IMG/VR virus record: IMGVR_UViG_3300025718_000001
Location: 1 to 64,000 of that record
DNA: 64,000 bases
Source of the DNA: a virus
Strand: one strand, 5' to 3'
The notes under the pieces are model-generated. The model was not told the origin of the DNA and did not search any database. It worked only from the letters and a program-made list of their open reading frames with translations. Below, piece after piece: positions 17,847 through 26,313 of this stretch. The translations under genes and the position numbers were made by a program. Numbering within the stretch: position 1 is the stretch's first letter; every line of letters starts with the position of its first letter.

Positions 17847-18275
17847 TTATTGCTGCACCTCCACTGACGGTATTCTCCATGTGCATCCTGAAAAGCATCC
17901 TGCTGTATCGCTGCTTTTCCTTTTCCCTTGACATTCTCTTAATTTATCAGCGTTATCAATTCTTATATTGTCGCAAAATCCTTTACCGCAGATTGGCTTT
18001 TCTCGCGCATTTGATTTAATTTCTTGCTTCCTATTTGCAAGCTTAACCCCAACTAATATTTGGCAATAATCACTTGCCTTTTTCAAATCATCTAGCTTTT
18101 GAGTCTGCTTAAACCGACTCGCATACTTGATAATATTAGCGAGGCAGAAATCATCCGCTAATCCCTTGGCTATTATCAGGTCGATAGGTTCCAGTTCGTT
18201 CACTGCTTTATAATGCTCACTGCCCTCAGTTTGGCAGTATTCGCGCCCTGCTTTGCGGATTTCGTAGATGTTCAT
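17847..18275 (-). CDS. DUF3310-like protein with a Cys-rich C-terminal extension
   Basis: HYK...EPIDLI...FCLANIIKYASRFKQTQKLDDLKKASDY. ATG at 18275 follows AAAAGGGG. Confidence 0.6.
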   Translation of the reverse strand: MNIYEIRKAGREYCQTEGSEHYKAVNELEPIDLIIAKGLADDFCLANIIKYASRFKQTQKLDDLKKASDYCQILVGVKLANRKQEIKSNAREKPICGKGFCDNIRIDNADKLRECQGKRKSSDTAGCFSGCTWRIPSVEVQQ

Positions 18276-18374
18276 TCTATTGCCCCTTTTCAATCTTCCG
18301 TTGTTGGTTCACGTCAGGCATTTTTAAATACACTTCCCATAGCTTGTCGAGAATTTTGCGCTGCTTGTCGTTCA

Positions 18375-18704
18375 TTAATCCACCCGGTTGATGCTTTTTT
18401 CTTTTGAGAATCCGTCAGGATAACGCTTCATCAACTTATTGATGTTCATTTTTGCAATATCCTTTAGGCTTATCCCAGCCACCGTTGCCAAAGCCGAGAG
18501 GTAAAACAACACATCCCCAAGTTCTTCCTTTAGCTTGTCATGGTCCAATTCATGCCCATGAAATATTACCTTTTTGAGATAGTCCAAGCATTCAGCCGAT
18601 TCGCCAACTAGTCCCATGCTGTAGTTAGTAAGAGCCATATTAGGCGTTAAACTATGATCCATTGTTCTCCTTGATTGCCCCTGAAAATCGTTAAGGTCAC
18701 TCAT
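18375..18704 (-). CDS. MazG-like nucleotide pyrophosphohydrolase
   Basis: GLVGESAECLDYLKK...ELGDVLFYL...NINKLMKRYP. ATG at 18704 follows AAGGAGG. Confidence 0.75.
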   Translation of the reverse strand: MSDLNDFQGQSRRTMDHSLTPNMALTNYSMGLVGESAECLDYLKKVIFHGHELDHDKLKEELGDVLFYLSALATVAGISLKDIAKMNINKLMKRYPDGFSKEKSINRVD

Positions 18705-18834
18705 GATCCAGCCTCCTTTTTCTCTCTGCCCTTCTCTGATCAGCAACCATGTCGCAAACATACTTAGCACACGCTTCTCGCGGTACTCCATATTTTGAAC
18801 ACGCTACCCATGCACAGTTCATGCAATTTTTCAT
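18697..18834 (-). CDS. 45-aa Cys-rich protein
   Basis: ATGA coupling at both ends (MKNCMNCAWVACSKYGVPREACAKYVC...). Confidence 0.45.
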   Translation of the reverse strand: MKNCMNCAWVACSKYGVPREACAKYVCDMVADQRRAERKRRLDHE

Positions 18835-18941
18835 CCCTCAGCATCCTTCCACTTACTAAAATTTACACATTTATGGCATACAAAGTTAGGAACCAAAACC
18901 GTATAATTTTCTGAACACGTTTCGCACGATGGCTTTTTCAT
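18831..18941 (-). CDS. 36-aa zinc-ribbon-like peptide
   Basis: ATG follows AGGGGG. Contains CETC...CHKC. Confidence 0.45.
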   Translation of the reverse strand: MKKPSCETCSENYTVLVPNFVCHKCVNFSKWKDAEG

Positions 18942-18985
18942 CTCACTTACCCCCTCTATTGCATTGTTGCTATACTATTGTTTTC

Positions 18986-19492
18986 TTAGCCCTCTTTTTC
19001 ACTTTTGGGCTTGACGTACAGATCATAATAAGTCACACCCACAGCGTAACTTTGCCATACATCCTTACTAAATCCAAAGAACCATCCTGGCGCCTTCTTG
19101 GTCCCCTTACCGTGGTTTGGTTGTCCAGACGCAAATCTGTCAACTAGTGCTTGTGTTATGTTGCTATCCTTAGCTTTCATACTATGGCAGAGATTCATTT
19201 TTTCTTCTTTTCGGTAAATAAGTCTTACTTCGTTTAGGTCCATTCTTTTCAGCGCTATTTCCCAGAAGCGCCCCACCCATATACATGTATCAAATACTTC
19301 TTTGCCAACTGCCATTCCGTAACTGGCGATAGCCTCTATTGCCACATTATTTATCTTGTGGTCATACATTAGCTCGGGTGTTAGTATTGCTAAATCAGCG
19401 TTTAATATCTTTCCAAATTTGATAGGCTTTAAAGTTTCATCAAGGACCGTAAATGCACTCTCAGAGCTTCCAGGATCGATCGATAAAATCAT
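18986..19492 (-). CDS. RuvC-like Holliday junction resolvase
   Basis: MILSIDPGSSESAF and AIEAIASYG acidic motifs. ATG at 19492 follows GGAGGG. Confidence 0.7.
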   Translation of the reverse strand: MILSIDPGSSESAFTVLDETLKPIKFGKILNADLAILTPELMYDHKINNVAIEAIASYGMAVGKEVFDTCIWVGRFWEIALKRMDLNEVRLIYRKEEKMNLCHSMKAKDSNITQALVDRFASGQPNHGKGTKKAPGWFFGFSKDVWQSYAVGVTYYDLYVKPKSEKEG

Positions 19493-19773
19493 TAATCGCC
19501 CTCCACAATCTTGCATTCCAACAACCCCGCTAAAAATTCCATACCCTTCTTGCTAACAAAATACACTTGCGGATTTTCACCCCCACCGTTAGGGAAAGGC
19601 AGCTTTGTGGCAAGCTCCAAACTTACCAATTCATCCCAGCTCGGGCCGTTGTCGTTCGTTGTATAGTAATTTCGCCACGCAACGTACTTTTTACGCTTTA
19701 CCCTGTCACCGCGAAATCCGATGCAATGTTTCATATTTTCTATTTGCTTTACGGTTATATTATCCATAATCAT
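19492..19773 (-). CDS. hypothetical protein (93 aa)
   Basis: ATG at 19773 overlaps the upstream TGA (ATGA). Confidence 0.6.
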   Translation of the reverse strand: MIMDNITVKQIENMKHCIGFRGDRVKRKKYVAWRNYYTTNDNGPSWDELVSLELATKLPFPNGGGENPQVYFVSKKGMEFLAGLLECKIVEGD

Positions 19774-19892
19774 TTCATCCCCCACTGCCTGTCTGTTTTA
19801 TCTGCCATTCTTACCATTGACCAAGCTACCACTGTTGCGACGATGACAGTTACCGTAATTCCACCAGCTATAAACCCATGCCAAAATATCAC
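19770..19892 (-). CDS. 40-aa single-TM peptide
   Basis: GTG start overlaps the upstream TGA (GTGA). Hydrophobic core HGFIAGGITVTVIVATVVAW. Confidence 0.4.
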   Translation of the reverse strand: MIFWHGFIAGGITVTVIVATVVAWSMVRMADKTDRQWGMK

Positions 19893-20080
19893 TTCGCCAC
19901 TCTCCTTTTCTCGTTATGCTTTATATCACATATCCAGCTTTCACATTCAGTACAATCTCCGTTACACGCCTCGACCAGCAATTCACACGTTAGCCCCGGT
20001 CCATCCTCGCGCTGCCGTGATTCTTTACAGACAAGACATTTACAAGGGTTACGTTGTCGTTGCCGTTTTCCTCTTGCCAT
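19889..20080 (-). CDS. 63-aa Cys-rich protein
   Basis: ORF with motifs CKCLVC...CNGDCTEC. Confidence 0.55.
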   Translation of the reverse strand: MARGKRQRQRNPCKCLVCKESRQREDGPGLTCELLVEACNGDCTECESWICDIKHNEKRRVAK

Positions 20081-20081
20081 A

Positions 20082-20296
20082 TCAGTATGACGGGTCTAAT
20101 ATTTCAGCATTGCCTAAACTGCACCACGGTGGAATGATTCGCCCACCCTCGTAATGTATCAACCGGTAAACGTTGTTTCGGTATCGGCTACCCTTGCACC
20201 GTATTTCAGGACCGTGATTGGGTGATATCGATGCGACTATCAGAGCATTCGGGCATTCAGTGCAGGATTCTATTGTTTTTGTATATTGTTTTGGCA
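20082..20296 (-). CDS. 71-aa Cys-containing protein
   Basis: ATG at 20296 follows AAAGGAGG. Contains a CTEC motif. Confidence 0.55.
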
Positions 20297-20313
20297 TTTG
20301 GGGCCTCCTTTCG

Positions 20314-20793
20314 TCAATTTGCTTCCTGTTTGGGATATTTTCTATGAGCATCGTTATGGCATTCAACACACAGCCATTGAATATCTAAGGGTTTATCATA
20401 ATCTGTATGGTGAGCTTGAATTTGACTTGATTCTTTGCCACAATTGGAGCAATTGTTTGGCCTAGTAAGTATTCTGTCTCGGATTGCGTTGCCGGTTATT
20501 GTGTGAGCTTTGTATTTATTAGGGTATTTTTCCTGGTATCTTTTCTGAGATTTCGCATTTCTTCCATCTTCGATCCATGTCTGCGTTACCTTTTTTCTAA
20601 GTTATACTCGATGAGGAAGGTTAGCCCTTTTTCGATCATATTCTTTGCAGTATTCTAAGTTTTCCTCACGATGCTTATTAGAGTCCTTCTTAGTACATTC
20701 CTTACATTTACCTAAGTAGCCATCCTTCATCGCTTTGTGTTTGTAAAACTCTGTTAACTCCTTTGTTCCTCCACACTTGAAACAAGTTTTCAT
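20314..20793 (-). pseudogene. HNH endonuclease interrupted by an in-frame TAA
   Basis: The N-terminal Zn-ribbon ORF ends at TAA 20602-04. The same frame continues into CSNCG...AHHTDYDKPLDIQWLCVECHNDAH with no start of its own. Confidence 0.65.
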
Positions 20794-20818
20794 TTATACC
20801 TCCTTATTTGTAATTGTT

Positions 20819-21214
20819 CTAAAATGGTATGTCACTCGATAGATCAACTTCGTTAGTATTGCGTTCTGTTGCGTTGTTGTCGTGTTGTTGTTCATCTCTT
20901 GGACTTAATCCGTTAATGCTATCCGCTACAACCTCAGTCACCCAATGCTTTTGCCCATCCTTGTCATTGTATGTCCTGACTTGCAAACGTCCGTCAATCG
21001 ATGCTAATTTTCCCTTTCCAATGTAGTTTGCCGCATATTCCGCAGCCTGTTTAAAAACTACGCATGGAATAAAATCAGTTTCCTTTTGCCCATCTGCGCT
21101 TTTAAAATTCCTCTCAACAGCAAGGGTAAAATTAGCAATTGCGACACCTGCCGGAGAATATCTAAGTTCGATCTCCTTACAGATACGGCCTACGAGTGTA
21201 GTACGATTTAGCAT
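20819..21214 (-). CDS. ssb: single-stranded DNA-binding protein
   Basis: OB-fold N-terminus (MLNRTTLVGRICKEIELRY...) and an acidic tail ending DIPF. Confidence 0.9.
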   Translation of the reverse strand: MLNRTTLVGRICKEIELRYSPAGVAIANFTLAVERNFKSADGQKETDFIPCVVFKQAAEYAANYIGKGKLASIDGRLQVRTYNDKDGQKHWVTEVVADSINGLSPRDEQQHDNNATERNTNEVDLSSDIPF

Positions 21215-21240
21215 TTGTCATTCCTCCAATTATTTTATTT

Positions 21241-21789
21241 TTATATTCCAGCTACCTGAGAAGCCAGCATGTCGGCCTGATGCGTCCATAGTACATTCGG
21301 ATACTTACGGACAGCCCTGGTATAATAATTCCATTCTTCCTTATCCGTAAATGCTCCCATGTGGTAGCGAATGCACATAACTTCCTCTTCTGTCAATCGC
21401 ATTAGTGTGGATAAAATCATGATCGACTTGTCCCCATGGCCTTTTAGTGGGCACTCATTGTTGTGTTCCCACCATGACGGTCTTTCGGGATCAGGGTCGA
21501 TTACATGAATATAAGTATCTGTTTTGCACAAATCGTGGAACATGCCGATGATATAAGGGCTTTCTTCTCTGCTCCATTCAAGCCCATTCAGCTTAGTGAG
21601 GAATATAAGTTTTCTCATAACTTCAAGCGAATGATCGAATAGTCCACCCTCATGATTTCCGTGATATTTAGTAGATGCAGGTGCCGTAAAAAATCCTTTG
21701 TCTTTCAGGAAAAATAACATTTCAGAGGTAACAGAAGGCAGGAAAGGTTCATTCATGGATCGTAAGAACAGTTTTTCTCTTTCACTCAT
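21241..21789 (-). CDS. HD-domain phosphohydrolase
   Basis: H...HD pattern: YHGNHEGGLFDHSLEV and FHDLCK. Confidence 0.7.
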   Translation of the reverse strand: MSEREKLFLRSMNEPFLPSVTSEMLFFLKDKGFFTAPASTKYHGNHEGGLFDHSLEVMRKLIFLTKLNGLEWSREESPYIIGMFHDLCKTDTYIHVIDPDPERPSWWEHNNECPLKGHGDKSIMILSTLMRLTEEEVMCIRYHMGAFTDKEEWNYYTRAVRKYPNVLWTHQADMLASQVAGI

Positions 21790-22364
21790 CCCGCTATCTC
21801 CTCCATCATTTGTGCCATTCTCTCATCAAACCTAACCCCAGCCCTTTGAATCGTCCTCTCCCTAATCCCTTTTAGCCATCCACCGATTTCAATCAGCAAT
21901 TGCTCATCATCTTCTTCTGTTTCCAGCTTAGAGAGATCATCCCTGAGTTTTTCTATTGCATCCGGTGTCCATTTGGGATCACTTGATACCGTAAAATCAG
22001 GCATCCAACTTGGCTCAGGCTCCACCAACCCTTCGAGATCATCTTTAGTTTCTTCGATGGGATTTTGATTTATATATCGGCACTCCTCGCGCCTATCACA
22101 CCACGAGGTTATACAAGGCCGATCCCCGCCATCGTACTTTCCAAAGCAATACCATTTCTTTGGTTTATCCTCAGACACCACTCCTAGCCCTTCCTCTTCT
22201 CTATTAGGACGATCACACGCACTAATAGGTTTACTCTGCTCACAGGGTACTTGTATGTCCTCTGGCAGTGTTTCTATAGCACTCGACAACATGCCATTGT
22301 CGGATAGCACTTCTCGTTCTTCTTTGGTGATTGGCTGATTAACTGGCGTTATGTGGCGTTTCAC
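21786..22364 (-). CDS. hypothetical acidic protein (192 aa)
   Basis: ORF overlaps its neighbours by 4 nt on each side. Confidence 0.6.
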   Translation of the reverse strand: MKRHITPVNQPITKEEREVLSDNGMLSSAIETLPEDIQVPCEQSKPISACDRPNREEEGLGVVSEDKPKKWYCFGKYDGGDRPCITSWCDRREECRYINQNPIEETKDDLEGLVEPEPSWMPDFTVSSDPKWTPDAIEKLRDDLSKLETEEDDEQLLIEIGGWLKGIRERTIQRAGVRFDERMAQMMEEIAG

Positions 22365-22654
22365 TTTGCAACCTCCTTCTCCTTAAAAAACTTGCAAGGT
22401 TTTGGTTCGCAATAACTATACCTTCCGAGTTTCCTCCAAGTACCTTCGTCCCTATCACAAGTCGGGCTTAATATTCCATAACCAAGACCATCCTGTACTT
22501 TGCCTAAATGCATGCACGTATCACAAGTTGGCGAATATGCGAATGTTCCCTTGCGGTTACGGAATTTAATACTTTTTCTCACATTGCTGCCATGCTGGGA
22601 TATCGATATGTTTACCGCGATATACGATTTATTTGGAGTTGCTGTCTTTGTCAT
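22361..22654 (-). CDS. hypothetical Cys-containing protein (97 aa)
   Basis: ATG follows GAGGGAGG. Confidence 0.6.
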   Translation of the reverse strand: MTKTATPNKSYIAVNISISQHGSNVRKSIKFRNRKGTFAYSPTCDTCMHLGKVQDGLGYGILSPTCDRDEGTWRKLGRYSYCEPKPCKFFKEKEVAK

Positions 22655-22790
22655 AATTTACCTCCCTCAATTTAGCAACATAAGCGCCCTTGTTCGCATA
22701 ATAATTTTCATGGTCCAAAATGATTTCGATTTCCAGAAGTTTGAGTTCATCTTTAGTGCGGGCGAGGTTGATTTTTTCGAGGAGGGTCAT
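22629..22790 (-). CDS. 53-aa hypothetical protein
   Basis: ATG overlaps the upstream TGA (ATGA at 22787-90). Confidence 0.45.
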   Translation of the reverse strand: MTLLEKINLARTKDELKLLEIEIILDHENYYANKGAYVAKLREVNYDKDSNSK

Positions 22791-23125
22791 AGGCTTGTTT
22801 CCTCTTTTAACCTTGCTATCTTAAAAGAGATACTACTTAATGTTTTTGTATTTTGCGCAAGTGCTTTTTCTAGCAAATCAGAAGTTTTTTCCCATTCATT
22901 ACCCAGTTCAATTCCGCATTCCTTAAATTCTTTACCCCAGGGACATTCTCCACAACCGTTGAACATATCCATTTCCTCGCCCAAGCAAAATCCGCATTCC
23001 GGTATGCCTAATTTAACGTTCCCTTGGTCACCTACTCCATCAACTAGGTTTTCAAGTATGAAGTTGATGCGTTCATACCGCACTTTGGATTGTTCCCATA
23101 TTTTGAGTTCTGTTTCTTTGTTCAT
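22787..23125 (-). CDS. hypothetical Cys-rich protein (112 aa)
   Basis: ORF in an operon context. Confidence 0.6.
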   Translation of the reverse strand: MNKETELKIWEQSKVRYERINFILENLVDGVGDQGNVKLGIPECGFCLGEEMDMFNGCGECPWGKEFKECGIELGNEWEKTSDLLEKALAQNTKTLSSISFKIARLKEETSL

Positions 23126-23226
23126 TATTTAAGACTCGCTCCTCCCTTCGCAGGACTTCTTAATACGCTAAGTAATCTCACGATATCTTTTATGAGTAGG
23201 TCAAATTCCTCTTCACTCATTTTCAA
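23125..23226 (-). CDS. 33-aa hypothetical peptide
   Basis: TTG start follows AAAGGAGTG plus 6 nt. TAATG junction with the next gene. Confidence 0.35.
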   Translation of the reverse strand: MKMSEEEFDLLIKDIVRLLSVLRSPAKGGASLK

Positions 23227-23241
23227 GGCGTTCACTCCTTT

Positions 23242-23478
23242 CTAATCCATAATCATTAATGCTGTTCCGAATTTTCTCGCTATTATGCAATCTACTATGT
23301 CTGCATCTTGTAAATTTTCCATTGTTATGATTGACAAAAGGTCCAATGCGATACTTCCTGCGGTCATACTTTCTGTTATGGCTTCCAGTACCGCGAATTC
23401 TCTATCGCTTATTAACCCAGCTAAATTCATCTCAAATGCCGTTGTTTGAAATTGCATAACTAGCTCAGATATTTGCAA
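23242..23478 (-). CDS. hypothetical protein (78 aa)
   Basis: ORF overlaps the dnaB stop. Confidence 0.55.
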   Translation of the reverse strand: MQISELVMQFQTTAFEMNLAGLISDREFAVLEAITESMTAGSIALDLLSIITMENLQDADIVDCIIARKFGTALMIMD

Positions 23479-24763
23479 CGTCGATTACCTGCATCTTCGC
23501 TTTATCGAATTTAACCGGGATACTAATTTCTCCCTGTCCATCCCTGTTTTTATCCAAGAATACGAAGTAATCTGGCTTAACTCTAAATCCCTGGGATAGC
23601 GATTCTATTTTTTCGTCTTCCGTCATGGGTAAGAGCTTGATTAATATATCTGCTTCGTTCCGCATTCTCTTGGCGGCCTGTAGCGCTCCCTCTTCCGTGA
23701 GCTGGGCTAAGACAATAACCGCTATTTCTAATTCCTGTGCTATTGTTTTCAGCGCCTTGCAAATACTACTTAATGCTTCCCACTCTTTTTGGTCCTTTGC
23801 CGTGTCCATCCGTCCGATATAATCAAGAACAACTAACTTAATGCCTTTTTGCACTTTCAATTTACGAATCATGCTCACCAATTTATTGATATTCAGACTT
23901 GGACATGGGTAATGGTAAAATGGTGCTTTGTCGATGATCTCCATGTTTCCGAATATACCTTGTTTCTCTTCTTCGGTTATCTCTCCGTACTTGATACGGT
24001 CAGCATCTACCCCTGATACCATCGAAGCAAATCTCATAATTACTTGTTTCTTACTCATCTCGCTGTTAGCGTAAAGCGTCCCAACTTCGTGCATAAAGCA
24101 CCCTGCTGCTATGAAATTTTGCGCAAATGCTGTTTTTCCCTTTCCACTCTCTGCTGTAAGTAAGATAAGGTCCCCAGGTTTCCAGCCATTCGTTAGCCTG
24201 TTTAATTTACGGATTCCTGTACTTATACCTTGAAGCTCTCCCTTGTGTGCCATACGGTCTTCTATGACTTCTCTGCCTATCCTCGCAAGGTCTGCGCCTG
24301 TGTCTATTTGCTCTGTCGTTGTGGTTATTAACCCCGCAAGGTTTCTACTTGCGTTATTAATAAGCTCGTCCACATCAATAGCCGGACTTTTTAATTCTTC
24401 GGACAGGTTCATTAACACAGAACGCAAGGCTCGTAGTCTGCTTTTATCCTTGACATTTTTAAACCAATAAGGAAGGGAAACGGTACTAACATGGAACCCA
24501 ATGGTCTGTTTAGCGTATTCCCTGTCCTCAATGCTTGCCATCGTCCCCAGCTTAACTCCCTCTTTTAGCATTTCTAAGAAGGTTGGCTTTATGGCTTTTA
24601 CATACAATCCACTTAGTATGTCAAACATAGCCTTATGCTTTGGTTCGTAATAATCATCAGTCTGCATCGTTGCACAAGCTTGAATCATGCTTTCTTCACT
24701 TGCTAACATAGCCGCGATGATGCAGCGCTCACTCTCTATGTCGTAGTATTGATTTATCTCCAT
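23465..24763 (-). CDS. dnaB: replicative DNA helicase (DnaB family)
   Basis: 432 aa with Walker A ESGKGKTAF, Walker B LVVLDYIG and a DnaB-type N-terminal domain. Confidence 0.9.
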   Translation of the reverse strand: MEINQYYDIESERCIIAAMLASEESMIQACATMQTDDYYEPKHKAMFDILSGLYVKAIKPTFLEMLKEGVKLGTMASIEDREYAKQTIGFHVSTVSLPYWFKNVKDKSRLRALRSVLMNLSEELKSPAIDVDELINNASRNLAGLITTTTEQIDTGADLARIGREVIEDRMAHKGELQGISTGIRKLNRLTNGWKPGDLILLTAESGKGKTAFAQNFIAAGCFMHEVGTLYANSEMSKKQVIMRFASMVSGVDADRIKYGEITEEEKQGIFGNMEIIDKAPFYHYPCPSLNINKLVSMIRKLKVQKGIKLVVLDYIGRMDTAKDQKEWEALSSICKALKTIAQELEIAVIVLAQLTEEGALQAAKRMRNEADILIKLLPMTEDEKIESLSQGFRVKPDYFVFLDKNRDGQGEISIPVKFDKAKMQVIDVANI

Positions 24764-25512
24764 TGAATTTCTCCCTCCCTCTTAGGGGATTCGTTAATCT
24801 TGTCCTCCACCTGATTAAGATAGTTTTCAAAATTAGTAGGGCTAAATAATGTATTTGGCCTAAGAAAGTTTGATAAAGGCTTACCCTCCTTATCTTTTTT
24901 GCCAATCCACTCTTTGCATTTAATATCAATAACTTTCTTGAAATCATCTAGTGTTCTGCCCTCGCCCCATCTACCGTTTATAAATTTAATAGTAGCTTCC
25001 GTTTTTGGAGAAAAATTCTTCCCTGTTCTAAGGTTTAAGTAAGTAATAATTTCGAAATACGGTATCACTTCTTTAATTTCATTTGGTGTAGTTTCGTTTG
25101 GTTTAATAGTTGAACTATCGTCCAACTCCTGTTGAACGTCCGTTGAACGTCCGTTTGCCCTTCTCCATGCTTGAGCTGATGCCTTTCCGGCCTTTGATGC
25201 CTGTAATCTTTTCCCATCCAAATGCTCCATTCTCTTAAGAAGGGAAAGGCTAAAAAAGTCATGTTCATCAACCTCAAATAATCCATAGTTATTAATGACT
25301 GTTTTCATTTTTTCAAAGGTTGTGTTGTACCTTCGAGAGATAGCGGGTATAAGGGTTAGCGGATACCTATACCCCGGCTGATCCCTAAGCATTTCTACCA
25401 AAACCCAGTAGATGCCATACCCTTCAAGCCCCAACTGTTCAATAAGTAAAACGCACTTCGGATCATCCTTCGCATTAGAATCATGAGAAAAGTAATACGC
25501 ATCGATTGCCAT
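24754..25512 (-). CDS. phage replisome organiser (DUF4373 N-domain plus DnaD-like conserved phage C-terminus)
   Basis: YYFSHDSNAKDDPK...GYGIYWVLVEML at the N-terminus. IITYLNLRTGKNF...FLRPNTLFSPTNFENYLNQ at the C-terminus. Confidence 0.8.
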   Translation of the reverse strand: MAIDAYYFSHDSNAKDDPKCVLLIEQLGLEGYGIYWVLVEMLRDQPGYRYPLTLIPAISRRYNTTFEKMKTVINNYGLFEVDEHDFFSLSLLKRMEHLDGKRLQASKAGKASAQAWRRANGRSTDVQQELDDSSTIKPNETTPNEIKEVIPYFEIITYLNLRTGKNFSPKTEATIKFINGRWGEGRTLDDFKKVIDIKCKEWIGKKDKEGKPLSNFLRPNTLFSPTNFENYLNQVEDKINESPKREGEIQWR

Positions 25513-25524
25513 ATTTTATCCTTC

Positions 25525-25764
25525 CTACGCCAAAATCTTAGCAGCACAATCCTTACAAACCCTAGTCCCCCCAAATTCAACAAGCTCGTCCATTCCTTTG
25601 CAAAAAGTACAACCAACCTCATACCTCCGCATGTAAATTCCCTTGTCATCTGCCAGCATTTCTATTGCTGTTCCCTCAGACATATTGAGCGCCTTTCTTA
25701 CCTCTTTTGGAATAACAATTCTCCCAAGATTATCCACGTTACGAGTGATTCCCAGTGCTTTCAT
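25525..25764 (-). CDS. AbrB/SpoVT-family DNA-binding protein with a C-terminal zinc ribbon
   Basis: ITRNVDNLGRIVIPKEVRKAL swapped-hairpin motif, then CTFC...CKDC. Confidence 0.75.
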   Translation of the reverse strand: MKALGITRNVDNLGRIVIPKEVRKALNMSEGTAIEMLADDKGIYMRRYEVGCTFCKGMDELVEFGGTRVCKDCAAKILA

Positions 25765-25856
25765 TTAACTTCCTCCTCTTTGTTTTTGTCTTCTTCCTAA
25801 CTATACATTCATTACATATATTGAGCAATTATTACAAATTATGATATATTAGTAAA

Positions 25857-25886
25857 TTACGACCTCACAAGACGATGTGATACAAT
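25857..25886 (+). promoter_or_regulatory. plus-strand promoter for a candidate sRNA
   Basis: TTACGA, 18-nt spacer, TACAAT preceded by TG (extended -10). Confidence 0.45.
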
Positions 25887-25892
25887 TTGTCG

Positions 25893-25987
25893 AGAATACG
25901 CGTACCAACCATTTGATAATAGGTAGAATTTGTCGGAAAGTTTTTGGACCAAACCCGGAAAGACTAGCTCTTCCGGGTCTTTTTTTT
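25893..25987 (+). ncRNA. candidate ~95-nt sRNA ending in an intrinsic terminator
   Basis: Terminator ACCCGGAA(A)G...CTTCCGGGT followed by CTTTTTTTT (25953-87). No SD or ORF. AATTTGTCG occurs twice. Confidence 0.4.
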
Positions 25988-25989
25988 GT

Positions 25990-26313
25990 CTACTCTTCGA
26001 TGTACCATTTTCCCTTAATTTGTTCTAATGTTATTTGTCCATGTCTCAGCAACCATTCAATACTGCATCTACGAGATGCATTATTCTCTGGAGTAACTTT
26101 CTTACCGCTATTAGCAACTGTCATAAAGTCAACTTTTTCAGGCACTAAGGTCCATTCGTGATTAAGGAACCTTTTAGTTAATTTAACAATTACATCGCCA
26201 TCCACCCACACTATGTCACAGCAAAATCTCCGAATCCCATTTCCTTCTTCATTGACGAAAACGCATTCGTTATTTTCTTGACTCAAAATATCAATTATCT
26301 CACTTGTTCTCAA
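25990..26313 (-). CDS. hypothetical protein (107 aa)
   Basis: ORF overlaps the upstream gene by 4 nt. Confidence 0.6.
   Translation of the reverse strand: MRTSEIIDILSQENNECVFVNEEGNGIRRFCCDIVWVDGDVIVKLTKRFLNHEWTLVPEKVDFMTVANSGKKVTPENNASRRCSIEWLLRHGQITLEQIKGKWYIEE

Noticed and set aside
19567-23132. Long plus-strand ORFs of 195 aa (19567-20154) and 210 aa (22500-23132)
   Set aside because: Each spans several well-supported, translationally coupled minus-strand genes. They have no SD and hydrophobic, low-complexity translations typical of antisense frames.
25877-26161. 94-aa plus-strand ORF
   Set aside because: It starts at GTG without an SD. It reads straight through the 25953-87 terminator hairpin and then runs antisense into a minus-strand gene.
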